Shown: positions 49,644 to 59,703 of the stretch, in pieces
Layout of the letters: each line of letters begins with the position of its first letter
How positions within the stretch are numbered: position 1 is the first letter of the stretch
Assembly (NCBI GenBank): GCA_963845085.1
Contig: CAWJQI010000004.1
Location: 288,001-352,000 of the forward strand
Direction of reading: 5' to 3'
DNA length: 64,000 nucleotides
Source of the DNA: Candidatus Fermentibacterota bacterium
GTDB lineage: Bacteria > Fermentibacterota > Fermentibacteria > Fermentibacterales > JCC-6
The notes under the pieces: generated by a model
Database searches by the model: none
What the model was told of the DNA's origin: nothing
What the model saw: only the letters and a program-made list of their open reading frames with translations
Translations under genes and position numbers: made by a program

Positions 49644-51336
49644 TCATCTCAGCAGGCAGACCGACTTCGATGCGGTTCCCTCCGCGGCAATGACGCGGCA
49701 GATGTAAACACCAGATGGAAGCACGCCGTCCGAGTCATCCCTTCCGTCCCAGCCTATGGAATGCTCCCCTGCGGCCATCTCCGCTCCGGCCAGCGAACGC
49801 ACCAGGCGGCCCGACAGATCGAACACCTGCACCGAGACATGGCCCGAAAGCCCTGTCCGGAACGATAAGCGCTGCGCTTTCTGTGAAGGGGTTGGGAAGG
49901 ACCATCAGTTCAAACCCGGATACCGGGCCCGGTTCAATCCCGTTCTCGGTGACCGTGAAGCTGACCGTGTCGCTCGCAACGACGGCGCCGCCGGACCAGG
50001 AATCCGCCACAAGCTGATTCTCACCGACTTCAGCGTTAATGTCGTCGGTGTAGGTCCACTTCAACCCCGTACCGAATGCATACAGCAGCCCGTCTATGGC
50101 CGGTATGTACATGACGCCGTCGGTTATGGAGGGTGAACCCATGAACATCTCGGCTTCTACGCTGTACGTCCAGACGGTTTCCCCCGTGGCACAGTCCAGG
50201 GCGATTATCCTCGCGTCGGTACCGAAATACATTTCTCCGAAGAACACGAGACCGTCGGCCACACCGGGAGAGCCATGGATACTCAAGGCCCTGTTCCAGA
50301 GGATCTGACCGGTTGCCGCATCCAGCCGCACAAAGTTGCCGTCCGGACCGATTCCCTCGATTCCGATGAAAAGGCTTCCATCATGGTACGAGGGCGTTGC
50401 GGTGATGTTGTCTCCGATTGGGGAATCCCAGATGATGGCTCCGGTCAGGCAGTCGAATGCCAGAACGGAACCATTAAATGAGCCTATGTAAATGGTGCTG
50501 TCGACAACAACGGGCGAGCTGTCCCAGTAACCGTCTTCACTGTACTCGTTCGACCAGACGGTTTCACCGGTCTCTGCGTCGAGGGCAATGAGAGGCCCCA
50601 TATAGTTGCCGATGATGAACATACCGTTCCAGCCGGCCATGCAGTTCATGACCCGGCCGCTCAGCTGGCGCACCCAGACCTCCGATCCGTCTTCGACGGA
50701 AAGACAGTGGATGTATGTTTCGTTGAGCGCCCAGATATTCCCTGCGCAGGCCACCATGCCATCCATGACACAGGGTGTGCTGCCTGCGTCGAACTCCTCT
50801 TCCCCGCTGCAGAAGGTCCATAAACGAGTGCCGGTCAGTGCGTCGATGCAGTATACCGAGTCGGAGGACAGGAAAACCCTGCCGTCAACGACCGAGGGCG
50901 GGTCATCGGATCCCATCGTCTGGTAGCTCCAAATCTCTTCACCTGTCGCCGCGTCGAGTGCGTGCAGTTTCAAGTCCCCGCTGTTGGACGAGTAATAGAC
51001 AATACCGTTCACGACGATGGGAGTCGGGAACTCGTGGATAAGCCCCGTGACAGGAGCTGTCCACAGAATCGTGGGCTCGTGGGGCGCGGGCGCCGCTGAA
51101 TACCCTTGATGGAGGTTGCTCTGCATGTATGTGGGCCAGTCCGTGCTGAGCCTGGGTACTGGAAGGAACGGTTCCCCGTTCAGGGAGCAGGTGACCGAGT
51201 CGGGAAGGATGTTTTCGTTCTGGACAATGGCGCTGAGAGTGAGTACAGCGCTTGAATACACCCCTCCGTCCTCCGGCTGCGTGATGGACACGTCGGTTGC
51301 CGACACGACCGCCATGATGAGCGCTGCAACATTCAT
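49644..51336 (-). CDS. PQQ-like beta-propeller secreted protein with T9SS/FlgD CTD (apparent frameshift near 49866)
   Basis: Signal peptide; repeated LDAxTGxxxW blades; PNPF, and after a +1 shift VQVFDLSGRLVR...WDGRD..G..LPSGVY. Confidence 0.8.
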
Positions 51337-51400
51337 GCCGTTCCTCCAGAAAATGGGTGCCAGTGTGATCTTCGATGCTGTTCTCTTCGGATCAGACCTG

Positions 51401-52108
51401 TCAGCGTCTCGCCGTGAACTGAACCGTCCACTCCCCGACCTCGGGGCCGCCCGACAGAGGCCGGGATATCACTATGTCCTGGCCCTCAGCCAGCTTGTAG
51501 AGCGGTACCGAGAAGACCAGCCCGCTGCTTTCAACCTCCATGACGGCAAAATCCTCGTACTCCCAGCACAGCTCGGGATCGGTGACCGAGTAGCCCTCCC
51601 AGTACCTGAACCAGAGCGTGGGCACCAGCGGCACCGGAGCCATGTCCTCAGGGTCGGCGGGCTGCTCGAAGTCACCCGAATTCGCCATCTCCCAGGTGAG
51701 CAGCATCAGGACGGGAGTGAACTCCCGCGGACCCGAAGTCACCCTGCCCGGGATCGCCTCTTCTGGGTCTTCCCAGGCGGGCGACAACTCGAACCCGATT
51801 ATCTCGCCCGTGCCGTTTATCTGTGTCATCGGCAGAACACCGCCGATGCCCGCATCTCCGATCGGAACCTCGAACCACGCTGCAAACTCGGGTGATATCG
51901 AAGGCCCGAACTTGACGTTCTCAAAGCGGCCGACGGCTGTGTAGCTGTCGAATCCGCCCTGCTCGCCGTACGCACTGGACTGCTGCGTGTAGCTCAGGCC
52001 TATCGTGATGTCGTAGACCGCGGATCCGATGAATTCAGCCGCTTCGGATCGAAGCCCCGTGGAAAGTAGAGCAGCCGGCACAAGAAATAAAACTCTGCTT
52101 CGCATCAT
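51401..52108 (-). CDS. Hypothetical secreted protein
   Basis: AAGGAGG RBS, ATG 52108, signal peptide; acidic and beta-rich; no family recognised. Confidence 0.6.
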   Translation of the reverse strand: MMRSRVLFLVPAALLSTGLRSEAAEFIGSAVYDITIGLSYTQQSSAYGEQGGFDSYTAVGRFENVKFGPSISPEFAAWFEVPIGDAGIGGVLPMTQINGTGEIIGFELSPAWEDPEEAIPGRVTSGPREFTPVLMLLTWEMANSGDFEQPADPEDMAPVPLVPTLWFRYWEGYSVTDPELCWEYEDFAVMEVESSGLVFSVPLYKLAEGQDIVISRPLSGGPEVGEWTVQFTARR

Positions 52109-52328
52109 TGCCTCCTTCGTTCTCCTTGAACAATGGGTTATGCCATCATGCATGGTTTGAAAGAAGAGGTTCGTCGTGCCGGTCTGATTATTACCACGTA
52201 TTGGCCGAAAGACAAGGATAGCAAAGCGCAGCTGTCCACTGTGGATAATGGACTGCAGAATCGCGCACTCAGCCTTCGGGACGATTTGTCCGGAAAAGCG
52301 ATGGGATGTTCGGAAACGCCTCAGTTCC

Positions 52329-52895
52329 TCAGAAAATCACCGAAGCCATGATTCCGAGGGAACTGCACTCCTTCTCCTCCCCCGCGAGGGAGGCGCCGAG
52401 GGGCATGTAGTCCGCCGTCACGGTGAGCTCAAAGTAGTTGGTCCAGCCGAAGGGGATCCTCGCGCCAAGCTCTGCGCCGATTATCCCGCCGCCGGTGGTC
52501 GTGCCTTCATTGTCGCCCTCGGGGCTGTCCCACGCGAGAACACCGCCCGCATGCACGCCAAGAAGCGGCTCGATGCCCCTGGGACCGGCGTAGCGCCTGT
52601 AAAACGGGTACATCCTGTAGGTGAGGGTAAGAGGGACGAATCCCACGGAGCTGTACGCCTCGTTGTCGGTTCCAGCGGTGAAGAAACCAGCCTTCAGTGC
52701 GAACTGGTTGCCCTGCGTCATGGGGGTTTCCACCCCGAACATCCCGCCGAACCCCACACCTGCGTCTGTCTCGTCACCAAAGATCCAGGGCGTCAGCACG
52801 CCCGCGCCGACCGAGTAGGCCAGAGAAGCCCTGTCGCCGTGCCCTCCGGCAAGCAGCGCGCTGCTCGCCAGCAGAACCACCGTAATCCACTTCAT
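52329..52895 (-). CDS. Small outer-membrane beta-barrel protein
   Basis: GAAGGAGG RBS; signal peptide; alternating strands; C-terminal Phe. Confidence 0.7.
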   Translation of the reverse strand: MKWITVVLLASSALLAGGHGDRASLAYSVGAGVLTPWIFGDETDAGVGFGGMFGVETPMTQGNQFALKAGFFTAGTDNEAYSSVGFVPLTLTYRMYPFYRRYAGPRGIEPLLGVHAGGVLAWDSPEGDNEGTTTGGGIIGAELGARIPFGWTNYFELTVTADYMPLGASLAGEEKECSSLGIMASVIF

Positions 52896-52912
52896 GATCC
52901 CTCCTTCGCTAA

Positions 52913-52983
52913 GGGGACGGACTAAGAAAGGTTAGTTTGTTGTTGTATTTCCCTGCAATGCAAAAATATACGAATCAGTTTCA
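52913..52983 (-). repeat. Dispersed ~70-bp repeat, copy B
   Basis: Reverse complement aligns with 23770-23836; contains a 17-mer identical to 13213-13229. Confidence 0.6.
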
Positions 52984-52991
52984 TGCAACAC

Positions 52992-54341
52992 CTACCTGAG
53001 TACAACAAGCCTGGCCGGCGGACACTCCCCGTCGGAAACCAGGTACACCCCTGCACTGAAGCCCGATACGTCGAGCTGGAGATTCCCGGCATCTGTGGCG
53101 CCCTCCCAGACAAGTCTTCCCGAGAGATCGAATACCTGCACCTGCGAGGTCCCGGCCGATGAGATCAGTTCGACAACCGTCCGGACCGGGTTGGGACGCA
53201 GGGTGAGCCGGATGGGTTCTTCGTCCCCCTCGATGCCGAGAGGCGGGCAGCTTCCCTGGGAGTCAAGCTCCTTCACCATGATGTCTTCTCCGGAAAACAG
53301 GCCCGAACCTCCGACAAGGAAGCCTCCCCCGGGCAGGCTGGTGAATTGCCTGACCATGCCGGGATCGTAGACCCATTCATCGAGAACATGACCGTCGTTC
53401 TCGTCGAAGACGACGGCCGTTTGAAGAAACACGCCGGTTTCCGGCTCGGAGCATCCCGCGGCGACCGCCCTTCCATTGCTTACGGCAAGCGCCATGCTGC
53501 TGTCGGTGCCCCGTGTACCCCAGACGTTCTCCCACAGCAGTTGCCCCTGGTCGTCGAGTTTCATGATCCACCAGTCGTAGCTCCCCTGACCGAAGGAAAG
53601 CGTTGAGCCTGCAACATAGAAGCAGTCGCCGTACTGCTGGGCCCTCCAGGGGTAGTCGAACTGGGACCCTCCGTACGTTACGGTCCAGAGGGTATCGCCC
53701 GCGGAATCGGTTCTTATCATCCAGTAGTCGCCGAAACCCGCACCCCATCCCATGGCCAGACCCGAGATCATGTAACCGCCGTCGGAGCATGACGTGACGT
53801 GATGTGCGGTCTCCTCGTCTGAGGTTCCCAGGGTTTTCTTCCAGAGCAGAACGCCTTCGGGATCCATGGCAACCATCAACACATCGAACCCTCCGGCACC
53901 CTCGCTTGTGGTTCCACCGACACAAAGCACAGTACCGTCGGTGCCCTGGCAGGCTGCAGTGAAGTGCTCGTTGCTGACCGCGTTGCGGTACTCCCACTGA
54001 ACCTGCCCGTATTCGTCGAGCAGCAGGGCCATGGCACAGACACCGACTTCCTGCTCGGTGAATGATCCGGTGACCATTACACCGCCCTCAACGGCTGTCA
54101 TCGCAATCAGGTTGCAGCTCTGCCCCCTGATGAGGGAGTCGACCCAGAGAAGGGTGCCGGAGTGGTCGAAACCGGCGAGCAAAAGCTGAGAGTCCCCGCT
54201 TGCTCCGAGATCGGTGTTCCCAGCTACAATGCATCCGTACGACGTGGGAACGGCCGCCTTGCCCTCCTGGTTCCCCGGATAGGGCAGAACGATGTTGAAC
54301 GCACCCATCAGAGTCAGAGCGGCCAGCGCAAGTACCGGCAT
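52992..54341 (-). CDS. Secreted beta-propeller protein with T9SS type-A-like CTD
   Basis: Repeats of D..G..LW..T.G...; CTD PNPVR...VQVFDLSGRLV...LDVSGFSAGVYLV. Confidence 0.8.
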   Translation of the reverse strand: MPVLALAALTLMGAFNIVLPYPGNQEGKAAVPTSYGCIVAGNTDLGASGDSQLLLAGFDHSGTLLWVDSLIRGQSCNLIAMTAVEGGVMVTGSFTEQEVGVCAMALLLDEYGQVQWEYRNAVSNEHFTAACQGTDGTVLCVGGTTSEGAGGFDVLMVAMDPEGVLLWKKTLGTSDEETAHHVTSCSDGGYMISGLAMGWGAGFGDYWMIRTDSAGDTLWTVTYGGSQFDYPWRAQQYGDCFYVAGSTLSFGQGSYDWWIMKLDDQGQLLWENVWGTRGTDSSMALAVSNGRAVAAGCSEPETGVFLQTAVVFDENDGHVLDEWVYDPGMVRQFTSLPGGGFLVGGSGLFSGEDIMVKELDSQGSCPPLGIEGDEEPIRLTLRPNPVRTVVELISSAGTSQVQVFDLSGRLVWEGATDAGNLQLDVSGFSAGVYLVSDGECPPARLVVLR

Positions 54342-54356
54342 GCGGTCACCATCCCG

Positions 54357-56012
54357 TCAGTTCAGACCCGGGCACTCCCTGACGATGCCCTCGTCAAGGT
54401 TGCTGCTTCCATAAGCCTTCCTGAAGTGTGCAGCGAACTCGTCCGCAAGCCTGGCAGCCCTTTCTGCGTAAGCGCCCTTCTCGGCCCACGTATTGCCGGG
54501 GTTGAGAATTGCCATATCCGGAAGGCCGGGGCAGCTTTCGGGCACATTCACCCTGAAGTACGGATCGGGCTTGCAGGCAACATCATTGAGCGCACCGCAA
54601 AGGGCTGCGTTAAGCATGATCCTTGTGAGGGGAAGACTGATACGCTTCCCCACGCCGTACGGGCCTCCGCTCCAGCCCGTGTTGAGAAGGAAGGCTTCGG
54701 TACCGTGCTCTTCAAGCTTCTCGCCCAGCATCCTTGCGTATACATCGGGTTTAAGGGGCATGAAAGGGCCGCCGAAGAAGCGGCTGAACGTGCTGACCGG
54801 TTCCACGATGCCTGTTTCGGTCCCGGCAAGCTTGCTGGTGTAACCCATGAGGAACCAGAACATGGCCTGGTTCCTGGTGAGCCTTGCGATGGGGGGAAGC
54901 ACTCCGTTCGCATCCGCAGTGAGGAAGACAATGGAAGAGGGATGCCCTGCGACGCTCGATTCCTTGATGTTCGGAAGGAAGCTGAGGGGATAGCTCCCGC
55001 GGGAGTTCTCGGTAAGCCGTGTGTCGAACAGGTCGAAGCTGCCGTCAGGATAGACCATTACGTTTTCGATGATCGCGCCGTGCTTCGTTGCGGAGTCCTT
55101 GTGGAAACAGGCGTTGTAGATGTCTGGTTCCCTCTCGGCGGAAAGGTCGATCAGTTTCGCATAACAGCCGTACTCGAAATTTGCCGTTCCGTGCTCGCTC
55201 CAGCCATGTTCGTCATCGCCAAGAAGAGCCCTGGAAGGGTCTGCGGATAGCGTGGTCTTCCCGGTTCCGGAAAGACCCAGCATGAGGGCGCAGCTGCCGT
55301 CAGGGCCTTCGTTGGCACTGCAGTGGAGAGGAAGCACGCCAGCGGAGGGCAGAAGGAAATTCATTACCGTGAAGATCAGTTTCTTGACGCTGCCGCAGTA
55401 TGAACTGCCGTAGACTATCCCCAGCATCCTGTCCATGTCCATGGCTACCACCATCGTGGAAGCACCGTTCAACGCGGGGTCGTTCCGGAGCTTTCCACTG
55501 TAGCGCAACTGGTCAAGCTTGTGTTCAGGAAGCACCACCAGCGTGTAGGGTTTCCTGTGGAACACCGACCGATGAATATCGTCCGGCACGGGTCTGAACA
55601 TGTTGTCGGTGAAAAGAACCGAAAGGGGCTTGTCGGTCACCACCCGTACAGGCAGGGCATACCTGGAATCGGCGCCGACCACCCTGTCCGTGATATAGAT
55701 GCCCTTCACCCTGCCGAGAACTTCGAGCCCGTCCTCCCAGACCATGTCGAACGTGTCCGGGGAGAGGGGAAGGTTGTTGGGGCTTGTCCAGTCGACCAGA
55801 TCGCTGCTCTCGGGTCTTTTGACTATCACGGTGTCCTTCGGGCTTCGACCGGACGACTCGGGCCGGGTCCAGGTGGCCAGGGCGCCGCATTCCATCACCA
55901 GCACGTCCCTGTTGTCAATCGATGCCTGAATCATGGCCTCCCTGGAGAGATTCCTCTTCACCGCACCGGCGCGCTGTTCAAGCAGAGCATCAAGTCTGTC
56001 AAGCAGTTGCAT
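54357..56012 (-). CDS. pckA: Phosphoenolpyruvate carboxykinase (ATP)
   Basis: GRSPKD, LHCSAN, GLSGTGKTTLSAD, GDDEHGW, GCYAK, ENSR and NTGW.GG motifs. Confidence 0.96.
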   Translation of the reverse strand: MQLLDRLDALLEQRAGAVKRNLSREAMIQASIDNRDVLVMECGALATWTRPESSGRSPKDTVIVKRPESSDLVDWTSPNNLPLSPDTFDMVWEDGLEVLGRVKGIYITDRVVGADSRYALPVRVVTDKPLSVLFTDNMFRPVPDDIHRSVFHRKPYTLVVLPEHKLDQLRYSGKLRNDPALNGASTMVVAMDMDRMLGIVYGSSYCGSVKKLIFTVMNFLLPSAGVLPLHCSANEGPDGSCALMLGLSGTGKTTLSADPSRALLGDDEHGWSEHGTANFEYGCYAKLIDLSAEREPDIYNACFHKDSATKHGAIIENVMVYPDGSFDLFDTRLTENSRGSYPLSFLPNIKESSVAGHPSSIVFLTADANGVLPPIARLTRNQAMFWFLMGYTSKLAGTETGIVEPVSTFSRFFGGPFMPLKPDVYARMLGEKLEEHGTEAFLLNTGWSGGPYGVGKRISLPLTRIMLNAALCGALNDVACKPDPYFRVNVPESCPGLPDMAILNPGNTWAEKGAYAERAARLADEFAAHFRKAYGSSNLDEGIVRECPGLN

Positions 56013-56153
56013 TCCGCAACCCCCTTCAAATGGTTTCCAATGACCCTGAACCTCAAGGTTTGAAGAATAGCAAATTAGACCCGTTCAGGAAAGGCATCAC
56101 ACCGTGAAGGCCGGACAGGCCGGCTGATTTCCTTTAACGCGGCGGATGCCCGG

Positions 56154-56837
56154 TCAGGGATGAGGATAAAGGGCGCTTGTCTCGGGAGACCCCGGCGTGT
56201 AGAGCACCCAGGCTTTTCTTCCCGGGGCGTACCTCTGCGACGGATCCTGCAGGGTGCTCACTGTTCCGGTGCAGCGCCGCCCCTCGGCAGAGTACTCGTA
56301 TGTGATGACAAAGGGGTTCCGCCCATTGATCCTGACCATCATGTTCTGCTCGACGCCGGTCACGACACCTTCCGCTTCGATTCCGTTGCGCAGGACTTCG
56401 ACAGTGGTTCTGGCGGCCTCGTACTGCCTGCTTAGCATTACCACGCCGAACACCGCAAAGATCGCACCCATTCCAAGGAACGGGATCCCTACGAATGCGG
56501 TTACAATGAATGCGGTCAGGATGAGCCCGACGATGCCGAAAGTGATCCCGAGGATGGCAAGGACGAAGGCTGTAACAGCCCATCCGCTTCTCATCATGAG
56601 CTTTCTGACGTAGGCGTTGGATATGTCACGGGGAGGCGACGGAGGCCTTGCCGGTAACTCGTCCATCAATGAATCCCCATCGGTCCGCCTTGGGGGAAGC
56701 GGTCCGCCGCAGTTCCTGCAGTTGGAGCGGATCTCGTACTCGATCGTCCCGCACCACGGACAGGTGACTGGATTGCCTACGGATGTAAAAGTGCCCGATG
56801 CAGCAGAGTTGCTTTCGAAGGAACGGTTCAGCTTCAT
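56154..56837 (-). CDS. Zinc-ribbon + 2TM + DUF3592-like protein
   Basis: CPWCG...CRNCGGPL; two TM helices; GVVT...P.ITYEY...G...V.Y.P..P. Confidence 0.7.
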   Translation of the reverse strand: MKLNRSFESNSAASGTFTSVGNPVTCPWCGTIEYEIRSNCRNCGGPLPPRRTDGDSLMDELPARPPSPPRDISNAYVRKLMMRSGWAVTAFVLAILGITFGIVGLILTAFIVTAFVGIPFLGMGAIFAVFGVVMLSRQYEAARTTVEVLRNGIEAEGVVTGVEQNMMVRINGRNPFVITYEYSAEGRRCTGTVSTLQDPSQRYAPGRKAWVLYTPGSPETSALYPHP

Positions 56838-57067
56838 GTTCTGCGTATCCTTATTCTGAAGGAAACATCAAAACGGGTTTAGAGATCAGGGAACTCCGCC
56901 CCCTCCGCCTCCGGACCACTGCGCGGGGCAGGCTTCAGTTATATGTCTGTTGCGCGGCTTTTGCGCCAGATGGGAAAGGGTCGCCCGAAAACGCTCCAAC
57001 CGCCCCGTGGCAACATTTCCAGCTCCTGTGGTTTCATTATGTTTGCACAGGAATCAGGGAGGTTGAT

Positions 57068-57871
57068 TTGCCTGACATCATCACTGGAATTGTCGCGCTG
57101 ATGCTCCTCGCACTGGAGGAAATACTATTTCAGTCAATGATAAAAAGGGGCGTCATCCGCCGCACTTTTTCCAGTGAGGAGGCTCGCAGCCCGGGCGAGA
57201 TCAGGGGATCGAAGACCCTTGAGAGGGTCAGGCTCTTTCAGCTGATCACCCTGACCGTCATGCTCGTGTTCCTCGACACGACAACACCAAGGCTTCTTCT
57301 TCAGGTCCCCGGGCAGCTGGCCATGACTGCAACGGCGCTTCAGCTCATACGAATGCTGGGAAGGCAGGTCCTTCGCCACTGGTCCGTGCTTGGCGAGATC
57401 CAAATCTTTCAGGCATTCTTCCTGATGCTGAGCCTTTTCAGGCTCCGGATGGCGGTATCAGCATCCCCCGCAAGCAACTGGTTCACGCTGCTTTCCCTCA
57501 GCATGGTTTTTTTCAGGGCTCTGAACGCCACAGCACTGGCTTTTTCCGTGACTTACGCCGTCAGAGCTCTTCTTCCCGAAGGCAGCCCTCTCTTCAGAAG
57601 CAACCCGCCGATGGCTTTCTCTGATTACTGGGCGGGAAGAACCTGCTCGGCTTCGATACCTTTCGCCCTTGCAGCACTCGCAACGATGTTTCTCGGAGGC
57701 ATTGGTGAAAACGCATTCCGGTTGCATCTGGCGGTTTCCGTTTTCCTCGTGATCATCACCTGGGCGGTGTTCAAGACCCGAAAGCCCCACCATCCCGCCG
57801 CCCACGTTTTAACAGCCGTCTCGGCCCTGTCACTTCTCTACTCGACCCTTTCCGGCTTCCCAATTGACTGA
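57068..57871 (+). CDS. Hypothetical polytopic membrane protein
   Basis: GGGAGG RBS before TTG 57068; ~8 hydrophobic segments; overlaps the next gene. Confidence 0.6.
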   Translation: MPDIITGIVALMLLALEEILFQSMIKRGVIRRTFSSEEARSPGEIRGSKTLERVRLFQLITLTVMLVFLDTTTPRLLLQVPGQLAMTATALQLIRMLGRQVLRHWSVLGEIQIFQAFFLMLSLFRLRMAVSASPASNWFTLLSLSMVFFRALNATALAFSVTYAVRALLPEGSPLFRSNPPMAFSDYWAGRTCSASIPFALAALATMFLGGIGENAFRLHLAVSVFLVIITWAVFKTRKPHHPAAHVLTAVSALSLLYSTLSGFPID

Positions 57872-59654
57872 TCACGGTGTACTCCTTCTCCAGCTTCCCC
57901 TTCATCCCGGCTGTGCCTTCGAGCCGACCGGCAACGTTCCGCTCGCCCCGGGACGCATAGCCGCAGCGGGCGGCCTTCCGACTGATTCAGTCGTTCCGGT
58001 GAATGTCTGTGACACGCTTTCAGACACCGGCATCATCTCGTGGATCGCCCGGCGAAAACCTGATGTGGTGGGCTTTACTCTGTACATGTGGAATGCCGAG
58101 AGGAGCGCATGGCTTTCCCGTGAGATCAGGAATCTGCTTCCAAATGTTCTCACGATCGCCGGGGGTCCCGAGGTCACGCGTGACAACGGCTGGTTGAGGG
58201 AGTCCGGAGCGTTCCACCTTCTCGTCGAGGGAGAGGGGGAACCATTCGCAGCACGGCTGTGCGACCCTGTGTCACTGGCACGGGAAGGCATCGAGAATGG
58301 CGGGTTCCTTACAACGGGCATTTGCACCTTCCCGCCCGATCACTGGCCCGATCCCTATTTCACCGGCCACCTGGAGTGCACTGACGGGATGCCGGCGCAT
58401 GTCGAGACAGTCCGCGGGTGCCCGCACGGGTGCGTCTACTGCTCGTACAGACGGATAAGCCCCGAGCCCCGCATCATTCCGGCAACCGATGTTCTTGTTT
58501 CACTCAGGCGTCACAGGGATGCCGGAAGGTCGGAACTTGTCTTTCTCGACCCCACGTTCAACGGCAGGGCCGACCTGCCCGTGCTTCTCGATGGGATGCG
58601 GAACATGGGGTTTTCCTGCTTTGCCGAGGTGAGGGCGGGCCTTCGGAACCTTGACCCGGGTGCACTTTCCCGTGCCGGTTTCGGCTCAGTAGAGGTCGGC
58701 CTCCAAACCATGAACCGCAGTGTGTTGAAAGCCATGGGGCGTTTGGACGATCCGGAGAGGACGGTGAGAGGCGCCCTGAAACTGAAGGCTGCCGGGGTTG
58801 AACCTGTCCTCGATCTGATTCTCGGCCTGCCCGGCGACTACCCGGCAAACATACTCAAGGCCGGCGAGCGGCTCGTTTCGGAGGGGCTTGGTGAAAATGT
58901 CCAGGCCTTCTATCTGTCCGTTCTCCCGGGTACCCGGCTCCGGGCGGATGCGGCAGGGCTCGGCCTTGAATGCCTCGACCGTCCCCCCTACTGGGTCGAT
59001 GGGCTTCCGGGGCTCACGATGGCGGAGTTGTCGGAGTGCAGGTACGAACTGGGGTCGATTCTCGGATACGACCTCGACATGGAGCCCAGACCCGTGTTAT
59101 GCGACACCTGGCCCGATACCGTGATCCTCGACACCCGACATCCTGTTGAACCCGTCTTTTCCGGCCGGCACGCTGTGCTCAGGGTAAGGGGCGGGCGGCT
59201 CTGGGAGAACAGGGAGATGATCCTGTCCGCTGCAGCAAAGCGCTTCAGGGTTGACCCGTACTGCATGCTCGACGTGGTACTCGAGGCAGACGAGCATTTC
59301 CCCGTCGATCTGCTGCGATCGCTCGCGGAAGTCGAGCGCCCATCTGACTACCACGAGAGAAGCGCCTCTGTGCTCGGACGTCAGGGCAGACTGAGAACGG
59401 CCGTGTTGGCCCGGGCCGACGCAAACACGGACTGGCTGACAGCATGTGCGACAGAGTCGGTCGTTGTCATTCCCTGGGACCGTCCGGACCAGCTGCCGGT
59501 CGAATTGCTCGAGCGAAACATCGGGCTTCTTTTCAAGGGTTTTCCCGAACTTTCAGCCATTTCGGAAACCTTCTCCTACTACAAGGAACAGGTGTTTTTC
59601 AGCGAACTGGAGCTGGAACGCCTCTGGTGTCTGGACATCCTCGAACTGGGATGA
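57864..59654 (+). CDS. Cobalamin-binding radical SAM enzyme
   Basis: PDVVGFTLYMWN, GGPEV, GEGE; ETVRGCPHGCVYC (CxxxCxxC); GLQT and DLILGLPG motifs. Confidence 0.9.
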   Translation: MTDHGVLLLQLPLHPGCAFEPTGNVPLAPGRIAAAGGLPTDSVVPVNVCDTLSDTGIISWIARRKPDVVGFTLYMWNAERSAWLSREIRNLLPNVLTIAGGPEVTRDNGWLRESGAFHLLVEGEGEPFAARLCDPVSLAREGIENGGFLTTGICTFPPDHWPDPYFTGHLECTDGMPAHVETVRGCPHGCVYCSYRRISPEPRIIPATDVLVSLRRHRDAGRSELVFLDPTFNGRADLPVLLDGMRNMGFSCFAEVRAGLRNLDPGALSRAGFGSVEVGLQTMNRSVLKAMGRLDDPERTVRGALKLKAAGVEPVLDLILGLPGDYPANILKAGERLVSEGLGENVQAFYLSVLPGTRLRADAAGLGLECLDRPPYWVDGLPGLTMAELSECRYELGSILGYDLDMEPRPVLCDTWPDTVILDTRHPVEPVFSGRHAVLRVRGGRLWENREMILSAAAKRFRVDPYCMLDVVLEADEHFPVDLLRSLAEVERPSDYHERSASVLGRQGRLRTAVLARADANTDWLTACATESVVVIPWDRPDQLPVELLERNIGLLFKGFPELSAISETFSYYKEQVFFSELELERLWCLDILELG

Positions 59655-59685
59655 AAAAGCAGAGGGGCGGGCCGAAGCCCGCCCC
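59654..59685 (-). terminator. Intrinsic terminator of the OmpA-family gene (between convergent genes)
   Basis: GGGGCGGGC-TTCG-GCCCGCCCC followed by TCTGCTTTTT on the minus strand. Confidence 0.8.
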
Positions 59686-59703
59686 CCGCTGAACCAGTGA
59701 TGA

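Noticed and set aside
52109..52328. Replication origin
   Set aside because: Only one perfect DnaA box, no box cluster or AT-rich unwinding element, and no dnaA/dnaN nearby.
56838..57067. Riboswitch in the divergent intergenic region
   Set aside because: I could not identify cobalamin, c-di-GMP, SAM or TPP consensus elements by eye; an Infernal/Rfam scan would be decisive.
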